Notes under the pieces: model-generated
Databases searched by the model: none
What the model saw: the letters and a program-made list of their open reading frames with translations, nothing else
Told to the model about the DNA's origin: nothing
In this document: one piece after another, positions 10,977 to 19,835 of the stretch
Layout of the letters: the number at the start of each line of letters is the position of its first letter
Position numbering within the stretch: position 1 is the first letter of the stretch
Position numbers and translations under genes: made by a program
Source: Actinomycetota bacterium
Lineage (GTDB): Bacteria; Actinomycetota; Coriobacteriia; Anaerosomatales; UBA3086
DNA: 51,953 bases
Direction: 5' to 3'
Assembly: GCA_027859125.1 (NCBI GenBank)
Contig: JAQIBK010000264.1
Span: 1 to 51,953 of the forward strand

Positions 10977-13900
10977 TCCTGGACCTCCAGCGGTGTCGCG
11001 GGTCCATCCTCCATGGCGAGAATGCAGTCATACAGCTGTCGCGTCGCCTGAGAAGGATCAAGACCGAGGTCCTCGGCCAGCCGGTCCTTGCATGATATGT
11101 AGGTTTCTATCGCGGCCCCGCGCTGTCCAACCTCGATCTGTCGCTTGAGCGCCTCCTGGTACAGGTCCTCACGCCATGGATCCTGAGCGATCGCCCTACG
11201 TAGAAGGTGAATGGCACGCGGCTGCTCGTCGATGGACGTGAGCAGGTTCGCGGCGCGCAACATTGCGTCGCCAAACTCGGTTCGATAGTGCGTTCGAGCA
11301 TCGTCGAACCAGTCCTCGTAGAGATCACCGGGCAGAAGCGGGCCTCGATAGATCTCCGCCATGCGTTCGTACGAACGAGCTGCCGCTTCGATGCGTCCCT
11401 CATCGACAGCCACGCGCGCTTTGGAGTTGGCAGCTTCGAACTCATCGACATCTGAGCGCATTGTCGCTGATACCGCCCTGCACACACCGCCAACACTTTC
11501 CATGAAGGGACACTGCGTGCTCTTCTCAGCGTCCGGCATGAGCGCAGATTTCATGGCACTCCACACGACATATAGATTGTTGCGCGCCCGGGTCTCGTCC
11601 ATTTCCGGCCAGAGGTGCTCAAGAATGATATCGCGAGGGACGTCAGCGCCCTGCTTGACCACCAGCATTGCGAACAGCAGGCGCGCCTTGCGCTTGCGCC
11701 AGTCCCGGTCGGCTACGACGTGATCTCCAATCCTAACTTCGAGCCCACCGAACAGCTTGATCCTGCAAGGCGCCTCGTCTGACTCGTTCTCCAGCTCGGT
11801 AGTCTCCTCGTCTCCCACGATTCGCGCCGACAAACGGTGCCATGCGTCGGGCTCCATGACGGATCTGGCCGCCAACAGTATGCGGCGGGCGTCATGCGGC
11901 AGAACCATTCGAAGCAGGTGTGCCGGCAAACGGTCTGGATCGATGGCCGATGCAAGAAGTCCCAGCAGCTCGGGGAACGCTCGAACGTACATGGCGATCT
12001 GCCAGTTCGAGCTCTCGCTCATGATGTAGTCCTCATGCTCCATGAAGCGGCTGACCGCCTCATCGATCCTGCCGTGCCTACGAGCAACCTCGGCAAGAAT
12101 CATGTCAGCCCTGAGCACGTGATACGAAGCGTCTGCCGCCGCGCACTCGGATCTGATGCTGGCGGCCTGCCCTGCAGCTGCACCCGTATCGCCAAGTGCC
12201 AGCAAGTTTGCAGCAATCTCAAGCACAGCAAGCCACTGCATCCACTTGTATGCCACTAGGGTAGTCATTTCAAGAGCTGCCTCTGCTTGGACGAGAGCAC
12301 CCTGGGCGTCACCGGATGCGCGCCTCCAAACGGAGTGATATACCAGACTGTGCGCGAGACCAACATTGTCAGAAGCCTGCTCGCATCCGTCTATTGCCTT
12401 CTTCATCGCGGTCTCAGCCTGATTCCACAGTCCCAGCCCTGCTTGTGCGCACGCCATGCTGCTTTCGTAGCCATATGCCAAAACTCTGTGACCTCTTCGC
12501 TCGCACTCAGCAATCGTGTCAGCCAGTACTGCTTGTGCGCGCTCAAGTCTCGCCATTTCTACTAGCACAGTTCCAAGATTTCCTGAACCTTGCATACGGA
12601 GGCTGTGGCTTATTCCCTTCACGTCGCTGAGCCGAACACAGAGAGAAAGTACTTCTGCCCATTGACCTCCCAATAGACCCAGAATCGCAGTAGTGCTGGT
12701 GACAACTCGCCCTTCCACCTCGGGTGAAACGCTTCGATCCCCGAGCATGGCCGCAGCTCGATCTGAATGCTCGCGAGCATGAGAGAGCTGACCTGTGCAC
12801 GCGTAGCATGCACCCAGATACGCATGTGCCAAGGCAATACTGTCAGCTGCGGTCTCCGCACCCGACTCAAGAATAGACTCAAGGGATTCCGTTGCATCGT
12901 GCATCAGACCTAGGTCAATTTGTAGCCTCGCGACGAGCATCAGAGCGTCGAGGTGCACCCCATTGCTTCGCTCGTAGCCCGCGAGATCACGAGCAACCTT
13001 CGCTTTGCGAAGTGACTCGGAGTAGTCAGATGTCTCACGAAGCATGGCCGCCTGCAGCAAGAGTAGAGCTGGCCGCTTAAGTAGTGCCCCGCGGCCAATC
13101 CGGCTAAGTGCGCCCTCTAGGTGACGCGTGTCACCAGTCTCCAGAAGTCTCCGCCCACTTCTCTCCAGCCATGAAGCCAATCGCTCCGTGTCATCCTGAT
13201 CAATGAGCAGCCCAAGAAGCCGCCCGTGGTCGAACCGCTCATCAAGCACGTGCAGCACAGAATCAAATATCCCGTCCGCATCCTTCACGCAGGCACCAAC
13301 GAATGATTCGTCGGTGAAAGCCACCACCGCCAAGTCATGCGCGTGGAACCTGATATCGACGTCGTTCTCTACTGACACCCTGAGAAGGGGAATGCACCTC
13401 GCGATTGCATACAAAGACCGGGGCCGAATGTCCTGAACAACTGACCTCAGTTCAGCAAGTGATCCGTGCCGCAACAGCACACAGGCATATAGAATACGAA
13501 TCTGTTTGGCCGAGAGTTGGGTTGCAGCAGAGCTAACCAGAAGTCCCGCCATGTCGAGTGGAAGAGGCTGGCCCGCAACTGCAGTGTCCAGGTCAAGCGT
13601 CTTCTCGTGGCGACAAACCACGGAAAGAAGTGCCGCCTGCCCAAGCGTGAGGACGTGAGCCCTTTCGACATGCTCAGCGTCAAGCTCCTCGTCACATTCC
13701 ATCAGCTGGGCAATCTCAGACCGACTGAATCTAAGATCCTCTGCATCTACAACGGCCCATGAGCCAACGTCTGCAAGATATTGTGAGGGCAGAACTCGAC
13801 TTGTCACTATCAGCGAGTAGCCCTTGGGAGACGCCCGAGTGAGAATATCCCGAACTGAATCGACAGCACACAACCCATCCTGCAAAGACAAGTTGTCGAG

Positions 13901-14275
13901 AATCACACAGCAGCAGCCGCTGCATAGAGCCGCAAGTCGGTTGGCCAACTCAAAGTCACGATCAACTTCCTCAGAGGGGGGCAGCAGAATGGGTCGTTCC
14001 GTCGACATCTTCGCAGCACCATCAGCTGCACGAATCAACGCCAACTTCAATGAGGATGTTGACTCGCCACAATCGGAACAGTCAACCCACACCGTCGTTT
14101 GGTCGCCAACTCTTTCACCAAGCTGCCTTGCCAGTACACTCTTCCCGTAGCCGGCCGGCGCAACAATCAGGAGCGGACCATTCGGCTGTTTCGGCACAGT
14201 CTCGAGAAGCCGATATCTCAGTACCTCATGTGTTCCCACATAGCCCTCCCCCAATGAAGAATGCAGTCCTCCCAA
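10973..14275 (-). CDS. large transcriptional regulator: N-terminal P-loop (STAND/MalT-like) ATPase, central TPR-like helical repeats, C-terminal SARP module (OmpR-type winged helix plus BTAD)
   Basis: 1100 aa. Walker A motif LLIVAPAGYGKSVLARQL. The C-terminus IKLFGGLEVRIGDHVVADRDWRKRKARLLFAMLVVKQGADVPRDIILEHLWPE...ARNNLYVVWSAMKSAL is followed by BTAD-like YRGPLLPGDLYEDWFDDARTHYR...AIAQDPWREDLYQEALKRQIEVGQRGAAIETYISCKDRLAEDLGLDPS. TTG start sits 11 nt after the upstream TAG, with AGGA upstream. Confidence 0.8.
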   Translation of the reverse strand: MGGLHSSLGEGYVGTHEVLRYRLLETVPKQPNGPLLIVAPAGYGKSVLARQLGERVGDQTTVWVDCSDCGESTSSLKLALIRAADGAAKMSTERPILLPPSEEVDRDFELANRLAALCSGCCCVILDNLSLQDGLCAVDSVRDILTRASPKGYSLIVTSRVLPSQYLADVGSWAVVDAEDLRFSRSEIAQLMECDEELDAEHVERAHVLTLGQAALLSVVCRHEKTLDLDTAVAGQPLPLDMAGLLVSSAATQLSAKQIRILYACVLLRHGSLAELRSVVQDIRPRSLYAIARCIPLLRVSVENDVDIRFHAHDLAVVAFTDESFVGACVKDADGIFDSVLHVLDERFDHGRLLGLLIDQDDTERLASWLERSGRRLLETGDTRHLEGALSRIGRGALLKRPALLLLQAAMLRETSDYSESLRKAKVARDLAGYERSNGVHLDALMLVARLQIDLGLMHDATESLESILESGAETAADSIALAHAYLGACYACTGQLSHAREHSDRAAAMLGDRSVSPEVEGRVVTSTTAILGLLGGQWAEVLSLCVRLSDVKGISHSLRMQGSGNLGTVLVEMARLERAQAVLADTIAECERRGHRVLAYGYESSMACAQAGLGLWNQAETAMKKAIDGCEQASDNVGLAHSLVYHSVWRRASGDAQGALVQAEAALEMTTLVAYKWMQWLAVLEIAANLLALGDTGAAAGQAASIRSECAAADASYHVLRADMILAEVARRHGRIDEAVSRFMEHEDYIMSESSNWQIAMYVRAFPELLGLLASAIDPDRLPAHLLRMVLPHDARRILLAARSVMEPDAWHRLSARIVGDEETTELENESDEAPCRIKLFGGLEVRIGDHVVADRDWRKRKARLLFAMLVVKQGADVPRDIILEHLWPEMDETRARNNLYVVWSAMKSALMPDAEKSTQCPFMESVGGVCRAVSATMRSDVDEFEAANSKARVAVDEGRIEAAARSYERMAEIYRGPLLPGDLYEDWFDDARTHYRTEFGDAMLRAANLLTSIDEQPRAIHLLRRAIAQDPWREDLYQEALKRQIEVGQRGAAIETYISCKDRLAEDLGLDPSQATRQLYDCILAMEDGPATPLEVQD

Positions 14276-14286
14276 GTGCGATTCCT

Positions 14287-14868
14287 CTAGAACTCCTCAT
14301 CACGAACGAGCCCCCTGCCCCTCTCCCGGCTCTGACCGAGCATCGTCGTTATTAGAAGCACCGCTACACCAACGAACAGAAGCATGTCGCCAACGCTCAC
14401 AATAGTCCTCACATAGGTTGGGCCTGGAACCGGAAGAACATCTGCCAACACCATCAGTGGAGTATGTGCTCCGGCAACGAAGTAGAGTCCTCGAGCAGAC
14501 TCAATCACGGGAATCATATCCTGGACTCCCGCAATGTGCGCAGCAGTACGAGAGATAGGCATCCCAAAGTTGACCGAGATCACCAAAGCGTTGAGCGCCA
14601 CTCCTAGGGCCATGAGGTTCATACCATTTACGTCCAGATTTAGTAGCGCAGTACCCACAACAAGAAACGCCGGAATCATCCACAGCCAGTACTGCGCGTG
14701 ACTGTCGAGACCGAATTCTTGGGCAAGCCTAGGTAGCAAGAACTGGCCCGCAAGAGCGACCACTAGAACCCCCTCCCCCCGCAAACGCAACAATCCCAGA
14801 CTTCTTGGATCCCCGCCAAGCAAACGCCCAATGATCAGAGCAGCCAGAATTATTAGCAGAATTATCAA
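14287..14868 (-). CDS. small polytopic membrane protein (DUF5317-like, recalled from memory)
   Basis: 193 aa and very hydrophobic (MIILLIILAALIIGRLLGG...). TTG start overlaps the upstream TGA (TTGA), implying translational coupling with the HD-domain genes. Confidence 0.5.
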   Translation of the reverse strand: MIILLIILAALIIGRLLGGDPRSLGLLRLRGEGVLVVALAGQFLLPRLAQEFGLDSHAQYWLWMIPAFLVVGTALLNLDVNGMNLMALGVALNALVISVNFGMPISRTAAHIAGVQDMIPVIESARGLYFVAGAHTPLMVLADVLPVPGPTYVRTIVSVGDMLLFVGVAVLLITTMLGQSRERGRGLVRDEEF

Positions 14869-16052
14869 GCCGATACACCCTGAATCCTGGCTGCCACCCT
14901 ACATGTTGCTGACTGTACTCGGAAAGCCAATCCAGAATCCAAACACTCCCCAAACCTCAGAGTCTCGTCACTCGCCGCATCAGCTGAAACAGTGCCCTTG
15001 TCATCGATATCGCTTGCCAAACTAGATATGTACACCATGAGAGCAGTACCAGGATTCACGCTCGACTCCATCTCGCCCGCAGACAGAAGTCTCAGAGCAG
15101 GCATTATTGGCGCGAGAAATCGAACATCCTGCAACGCCTCAGCCGCATGTGTCACCTCACCATGCACACCTTGCTCCACAGACTCTGCTTCGGTTCCCAG
15201 CAAATCAACATCGTGAAGAAGCGCAACGTAGCTCAGATGCTCGAGCTTTGTGCCCCTGAGGCCAATCTCCATGCCGATCATTCGTGCCACAGCTGCCACC
15301 CGATTCGCATGACCCTGTCGACTGGGATACGCTGCCTCAATTGCATCAGCAAGGGCCTCCAGCGTTGCCCTGTATGTATGCCGAATCTCTAGCAGCGAGG
15401 AGAACGCTTGACGCATAACCAGAAGCAGAACAGCCACTATCATCAGGCCCCAAAGCCCGGTGTCTGGCCGCAGCACGATTATGAGTAGCGCGGCGGACAC
15501 CTGAGAAGCAAGTAACGGTGCCTGGAAGGACAGGTTGCTGACTATCAAGCGAAATAGCGGCTGCGACTCAGCGGCATAGGACTGCACCTGGGAGAGAACC
15601 AAGTCAACCACTACAAACATCAGACAGAGGGTTGCTGCCTTTGCAAAGAACGGAAGACCCCTAGAGGAATTGAAGGACAGACTGCCCAGCTCGTTGTAGG
15701 CGATAGACAGCAGTAGCATCGCCCCCGCGCGACGCGCCAATCGAGCAGCAAGCTGCGGATATCCACCGACACCGTGCCTCAGAACATGTGCCAGTACTCG
15801 GGAGAATAAGAGAACGATTATGGCGCCCAAAGCTCCCAGTTCGATAACGGATACAAATACAACCCCAGTATCAACATGAATCGAGTCACCGTGGGGAAGC
15901 CACAAATCAAAGAGATTCAGAAAGAATATTGCCGCGAAGAACTCCAGTGCAGTTGGTAGGAGGATATCACCACTGTAAGCCGCAGCCAGCGCAACAAACA
16001 GAGCTACGGCAACCGTTTCCCCAACGGGTCTTCTCCAGGAGTTCTTGATCAT
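14865..16052 (-). CDS. multi-pass membrane protein with a truncated or degenerate C-terminal HD domain
   Basis: 395 aa. The N-terminal part is about 7 TM segments. The C-terminal GHANRVAAVARMIGMEIGL...YVALLHDVDLLG keeps the H...HD dyad but lacks the HHExxDGxGYP segment. ATGA overlap with the upstream gene. Confidence 0.6.
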   Translation of the reverse strand: MIKNSWRRPVGETVAVALFVALAAAYSGDILLPTALEFFAAIFFLNLFDLWLPHGDSIHVDTGVVFVSVIELGALGAIIVLLFSRVLAHVLRHGVGGYPQLAARLARRAGAMLLLSIAYNELGSLSFNSSRGLPFFAKAATLCLMFVVVDLVLSQVQSYAAESQPLFRLIVSNLSFQAPLLASQVSAALLIIVLRPDTGLWGLMIVAVLLLVMRQAFSSLLEIRHTYRATLEALADAIEAAYPSRQGHANRVAAVARMIGMEIGLRGTKLEHLSYVALLHDVDLLGTEAESVEQGVHGEVTHAAEALQDVRFLAPIMPALRLLSAGEMESSVNPGTALMVYISSLASDIDDKGTVSADAASDETLRFGECLDSGLAFRVQSATCRVAARIQGVSA

Positions 16053-17344
16053 GCGATCTGCTCCTCCTGTTCCGAAGATCCTTCCAGTGCCGCAATCAGG
16101 GCGTCTACAATCTTGGAGTCAAACTGAGATCCAGAACAGCGGCGCAGTTCCTCTTTCGCATTAGAATCACTCATCGCCGGCCTGTAGGCTCGCGCAGATG
16201 TCATCGCGTCAAAGCTGTCTGCCACTGCAAGAATGCGCGCTCCGAGGGGAATTTCGTCACCAGCCAGTCCGGCCGCATACCCATGACCATCAACCCGCTC
16301 GTGATGAAACCGCACGTGATTCTCAATGTCGGCAAGATTCGGGATGCGTGAGACTATGTTCGCCCCAATGTCGGGATGCTCTTGTACCGCCCCATACTCT
16401 GAGTCCGTCAATCGCGCGGGCTTCCGCAGAATCTGATGGCTAATTCCCACTTTCCCTAGATCATGTAGAAGAGCCGCAAGTCTCAATCTCTCAACTTCCG
16501 CCTCGGGCACATTCATGGCAACCGCAATCTGTTGCGCGAATCTCGCAACGCGCTCTGAGTGCCCTCGCGTGTACGGATCCTTGGCCTCAATCGCGCCAAC
16601 CAAGGACCTCACGGTGTCTACATACGCGTCCTTCAACTGAATATAGCTCAGATGCATCTGACGCGACACGGCCAGCGGTACGACGAACAACACAAAACCC
16701 CATAGACTGACGGCAAGTACTTCTGCAATCACAAAGCCCAGAAGCGCCAAGGCAAACTGAAGTGGTGCTGTCCAAGCTACGCCCGATTTCCACACCTCTT
16801 TCATCGGAATACCGCGGAATAGTGAGACACCCACACTCACCAGACCAGCGTTGATGATGTAGCTCACTGTCGCAAGCAAGAACAACGACCACAGGATGTG
16901 AGGAAAGTCCGCCGCGCTGATAGAGGCGAACTCCGCAGCGTTGCCGTCATACAAAGTCCGCCCGCCGGCCGCAATATACGCCCACGTCCCAAGTACACTT
17001 GAGAGAATCAACTGCGCGAGATTGAACGCTACCACAGGGACAGGAGTTCCTCGGCGGAAATCATCGAAGCTAATCCCCGAAAGCGCCGCAACCAACGCCG
17101 TCGCCGTTGGGCCCAACAGCACTGCCGCTGCAAGAGACAACGGATAGGCTATTGACATGCTTCCTCCACCCGGAAGATCCAGTGAAAGATTCTCGGCCAC
17201 AACCACGGCGCACGCAAGCAGCCAGAACACGGGAGGAGCATAGAGAGGGAACACCTCAATAGACACCAACAGGACAACCACAGCCAGCAAGAACACGGCT
17301 GCCGCTACAATTGAAAATGGACGAGGAACGGCTCTCTGTTTCAT
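16049..17344 (-). CDS. membrane-anchored HD-GYP domain protein (putative cyclic-di-GMP phosphodiesterase)
   Basis: Motifs HSERVARFAQQIA...AALLHDLGKVGI...EHPDIGANIV...HHERVDGHGYAAGL...ILAVADSFDAMTSARAYR; the GYP motif reads GYA. I place the start at ATG 17344 (GAGGAA 6 nt upstream). The ORF track extends to a TTG at 17377. Confidence 0.85.
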   Translation of the reverse strand: MKQRAVPRPFSIVAAAVFLLAVVVLLVSIEVFPLYAPPVFWLLACAVVVAENLSLDLPGGGSMSIAYPLSLAAAVLLGPTATALVAALSGISFDDFRRGTPVPVVAFNLAQLILSSVLGTWAYIAAGGRTLYDGNAAEFASISAADFPHILWSLFLLATVSYIINAGLVSVGVSLFRGIPMKEVWKSGVAWTAPLQFALALLGFVIAEVLAVSLWGFVLFVVPLAVSRQMHLSYIQLKDAYVDTVRSLVGAIEAKDPYTRGHSERVARFAQQIAVAMNVPEAEVERLRLAALLHDLGKVGISHQILRKPARLTDSEYGAVQEHPDIGANIVSRIPNLADIENHVRFHHERVDGHGYAAGLAGDEIPLGARILAVADSFDAMTSARAYRPAMSDSNAKEELRRCSGSQFDSKIVDALIAALEGSSEQEEQIA

Positions 17345-17399
17345 GAGCCGTTCCTCGTCCTGATGCAAGCGGACCAAGCCTGTGGATAAGTGATGGTAT

Positions 17400-17477
17400 T
17401 TAGCAGACCTTCAGCCACGCCCCACCGCTGAGAACAACCGCGGCGAGAGAGCTGAGCAGAATGATTACTCGCTTCAT
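17400..17477 (-). CDS. candidate 25-aa hydrophobic micro-ORF upstream of the HD-GYP gene
   Basis: ATG at 17477 preceded by GGGGG, 7 nt upstream. Hand translation gives MKRVIILLSSLAAVVLSGGAWLKVC followed by TAA. There is no other support. Confidence 0.2.
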   Translation of the reverse strand: MKRVIILLSSLAAVVLSGGAWLKVC

Positions 17478-17606
17478 GAGAAGACCCCCTGTCGAAAGCT
17501 ATGGTCTTCCCCCATTCCGCTAGTAATGGAAGAACCCTGTCCGCTCCGCTTGTTCGTATGCGTACAGTGTTCAAACCGATTTCCACGGCGTTGGTCCAAA
17601 CTTTGG

Positions 17607-18269
17607 TTATGTGGTTTTCAAAGCACCCAGTCGCCTGTTGATGGCGTCAAGGGTTGCTCGAACGATTGAGTCTTTCTCGCTTTGCTTCACGAGGGCAGAT
17701 CCTGCGAAGGTCTGCTCTCCCAGCGGCGACACGTGCGCAACACAAGCGACTGCGACCTTCTCCCGACCTAACTGGGTGATGGTCACATCCTCAAGGGCGA
17801 AGCTATTGGTTCCATCTGCGTACTGCTCGATTGCGTTGAGAGTCGCTAGAGCAACCAGCCGCTGACGACCGGTCTGACTCGCCGGCCCAGTCGCTTCACC
17901 AATGCACTCCTCGCCACCCAATTCCAAGTGGACGGTGACGGTGGAGTACACACCGGAGACCGCCGCGTGTATTGAGACGATCTTTGCCCTATCATCCTTG
18001 GGCTTGGAGCCATTGGAGGGCATTGCCTCATGGCCCAACTGAGCAATTGAGATCTTCTTGTGGTCGATCGCAATCCCAAAGCTGGCCATTATCGTGGATT
18101 CGACGTCACGAACAAGCTGCTTGGGAGACTTGGTGGGAAGTGCGAGAACGTGCACCTCGAGAATGTGACCCTCGGGCGACGCAACCACCCGAGCCGCTTT
18201 GATCTCAGCGACCTGAGACAGTGCAGCCTCAATGTCCTCAACACGCACATTCGAAATGCTCTGGTCCAC
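17607..18269 (-). CDS. hypothetical two-domain cytoplasmic protein; no family recognised
   Basis: 220-aa ORF with a GTG start and GGGGG 6 nt upstream. Composition looks coding and matches core genes. The N-terminal half (VEDIEAALSQVAEIKAARVV..GHILEVHVLA..KSPKQLVRDVESTI) is separated by a linker from a C-terminal half with a dsRBD-like pattern (VTVHLELGGEECIGEATGPASQTGRQRLVALATLNAI). Confidence 0.6.
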   Translation of the reverse strand: MDQSISNVRVEDIEAALSQVAEIKAARVVASPEGHILEVHVLALPTKSPKQLVRDVESTIMASFGIAIDHKKISIAQLGHEAMPSNGSKPKDDRAKIVSIHAAVSGVYSTVTVHLELGGEECIGEATGPASQTGRQRLVALATLNAIEQYADGTNSFALEDVTITQLGREKVAVACVAHVSPLGEQTFAGSALVKQSEKDSIVRATLDAINRRLGALKTT

Positions 18270-18358
18270 TGGAGCCCCCTGCTTCGACGTTTGCTGTCAC
18301 TCGTCTCCATGGAGCGGGCCGTGCCACTATGACGGACGCGTGCGCCCGCTACTCATTC

Positions 18359-18388
18359 ACTCTAGGTGTCGCGGTAGTCGCATGTCAA
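18359..18388 (-). promoter_or_regulatory. sigma-70-like promoter for the 220-aa gene
   Basis: On the minus strand: TTGACA (18388-18383), an 18-nt spacer, then TAGAGT (18364-18359). It lies about 90 nt upstream of the GTG start. Confidence 0.35.
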
Positions 18389-18440
18389 CGAAATCGGCAA
18401 GTGATGACCGTCACACTTCTTAACGAATCGTCCCATTTGG

Positions 18441-18471
18441 ACGCAGAAGAGACGCCCTTCCGGGCGTCCCT
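18441..18471 (-). terminator. candidate intrinsic terminator after hpf
   Basis: Minus-strand GGACGCCC-GGAA-GGGCGTCT hairpin (8 bp including one G-U pair, GNRA-like loop) about 25 nt after the hpf TAG, followed by a weak U-tract (CUUCU). Confidence 0.45.
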
Positions 18472-18495
18472 TCGAGAACACATGGGGCTCGAGTC

Positions 18496-19047
18496 CTAGC
18501 CGATGCGTGACTCGATCAGTCCAAAGTCTCCATCGTGACGGCGATACAAGACGTTGACCGCATCGTTGTCAACAGCATTGAAAACGAAGAAGTCATGACC
18601 CAGGAGTTCCATCTGCAGAATCGCCTCGTCGAGGGTCATCGGTTTGAACTCCATGATCTTGGTCTTGACGAGCGCTGCCTCGGGCTCTTCCGGCTCCATG
18701 ATCTCAGGAGCCCGCATTGCGGCGGCACCCATACGTGCAGAGTGCCTATTCTGCTTCTTGCCCTTGTACTTGCGGAACTGACGCTCAAGCTTGTCCGCCG
18801 CAAGATCGATCGCGGCGTACATGTCAGTCGCGGCCTCTTTCGAGCGAATGACCGGGCCCTTGGTGAACACCGTTATCTCTGCAACCTGATTGTTCTCAAT
18901 CGACGGGTTCTTCTCAACATAAAGCTCGACTTCCGTCGTCATCGTTTCATGATCCATTATCTTGCTCGTGCGTCCGATCTTCTCCTCGGCGTACTCTCGG
19001 ATGGGTGGCGTGACAGCCATGTGGCGACCCTTGACGATCATCTTCAT
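18496..19047 (-). CDS. hpf: ribosome hibernation-promoting factor, long form
   Basis: 183 aa. N-terminus MKMIVKGRHMAVTPPIREYAEEKIGR...DMYAAIDLAADKLERQFRKYKGK, plus a C-terminal dimerisation domain KPMTLDEAILQMELLGHDFFVFNAV. AGGAGG lies 7 nt upstream. Confidence 0.92.
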   Translation of the reverse strand: MKMIVKGRHMAVTPPIREYAEEKIGRTSKIMDHETMTTEVELYVEKNPSIENNQVAEITVFTKGPVIRSKEAATDMYAAIDLAADKLERQFRKYKGKKQNRHSARMGAAAMRAPEIMEPEEPEAALVKTKIMEFKPMTLDEAILQMELLGHDFFVFNAVDNDAVNVLYRRHDGDFGLIESRIG

Positions 19048-19099
19048 TGGTTGCCTCCTGTTGAGTGACGTCCCTTATATAGAAGATACCCACAGGGGA

Positions 19100-19834
19100 C
19101 TAGTTGATGTGCCCCAGGAAGTCCTTTGTTCGATCACTTTTCGGGAAATCGAATACCTGCTCCGGGGTGCCCTGCTCCTCGATGACCCCTTCGTCCATGA
19201 AGATCACCCGATCGGCCACATCCCGCGCGAAGCCCATTTCGTGAGTCACGACCATCATGGTCATGCCGTCGGTCGCAAGCTTCTTCATGACATCGAGCAC
19301 TTCTCGTACGAGCTCGGGGTCGAGTGCGGACGTCACCTCGTCGAACAGCATGACATGAGGTTCCATGGCGAGGGCGCGTGCCATGGCGACTCGCTGCTGT
19401 TGACCTCCGGAGAGTTGGATCGGAAACACATCCGCCTTGTCAGATAAGCCCACCGCCTCGAGCGTCTCCAGCGCCACGCGTTCGGCCTCGTCCTTGGAGC
19501 GCTTCAGCACCTTCTGCTGGGCGAGCATGACATTGCCCTTGGCGGTCAGATGCGGGAACAGGTTGAACTGCTGGAACACCATGCCGACCCGCTCACGGAT
19601 CTTGTTGATGTCCGTCTTGGGATTGGTGATCTCATCGTCCTCAATGAATATCTTGCCGCTGGTTGCCTCTTCCAGCCTGTTCACGCATCGGAGCATCGTG
19701 GACTTCCCAGAACCCGACGGGCCCAGAATGACGACGACTTCGCCCTTGGCGATCTCCATATCCACACCGCGGAGCACCAGAAGCTTGCCGAACCGTTTAT
19801 GCAAGTTTTCTATGCGGATCATCGGTTCAGCCAT
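19100..19834 (-). CDS. polar amino-acid ABC transporter, ATP-binding protein
   Basis: Motifs [34 protein letters not shown] and GlnQ/HisP-like sequence. I prefer the ATG at 19834 (AAGGAG 10 nt upstream) to the ORF-track GTG at 19843. Confidence 0.9.
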   Translation of the reverse strand: MAEPMIRIENLHKRFGKLLVLRGVDMEIAKGEVVVILGPSGSGKSTMLRCVNRLEEATSGKIFIEDDEITNPKTDINKIRERVGMVFQQFNLFPHLTAKGNVMLAQQKVLKRSKDEAERVALETLEAVGLSDKADVFPIQLSGGQQQRVAMARALAMEPHVMLFDEVTSALDPELVREVLDVMKKLATDGMTMMVVTHEMGFARDVADRVIFMDEGVIEEQGTPEQVFDFPKSDRTKDFLGHIN

Positions 19835-19835
19835 C

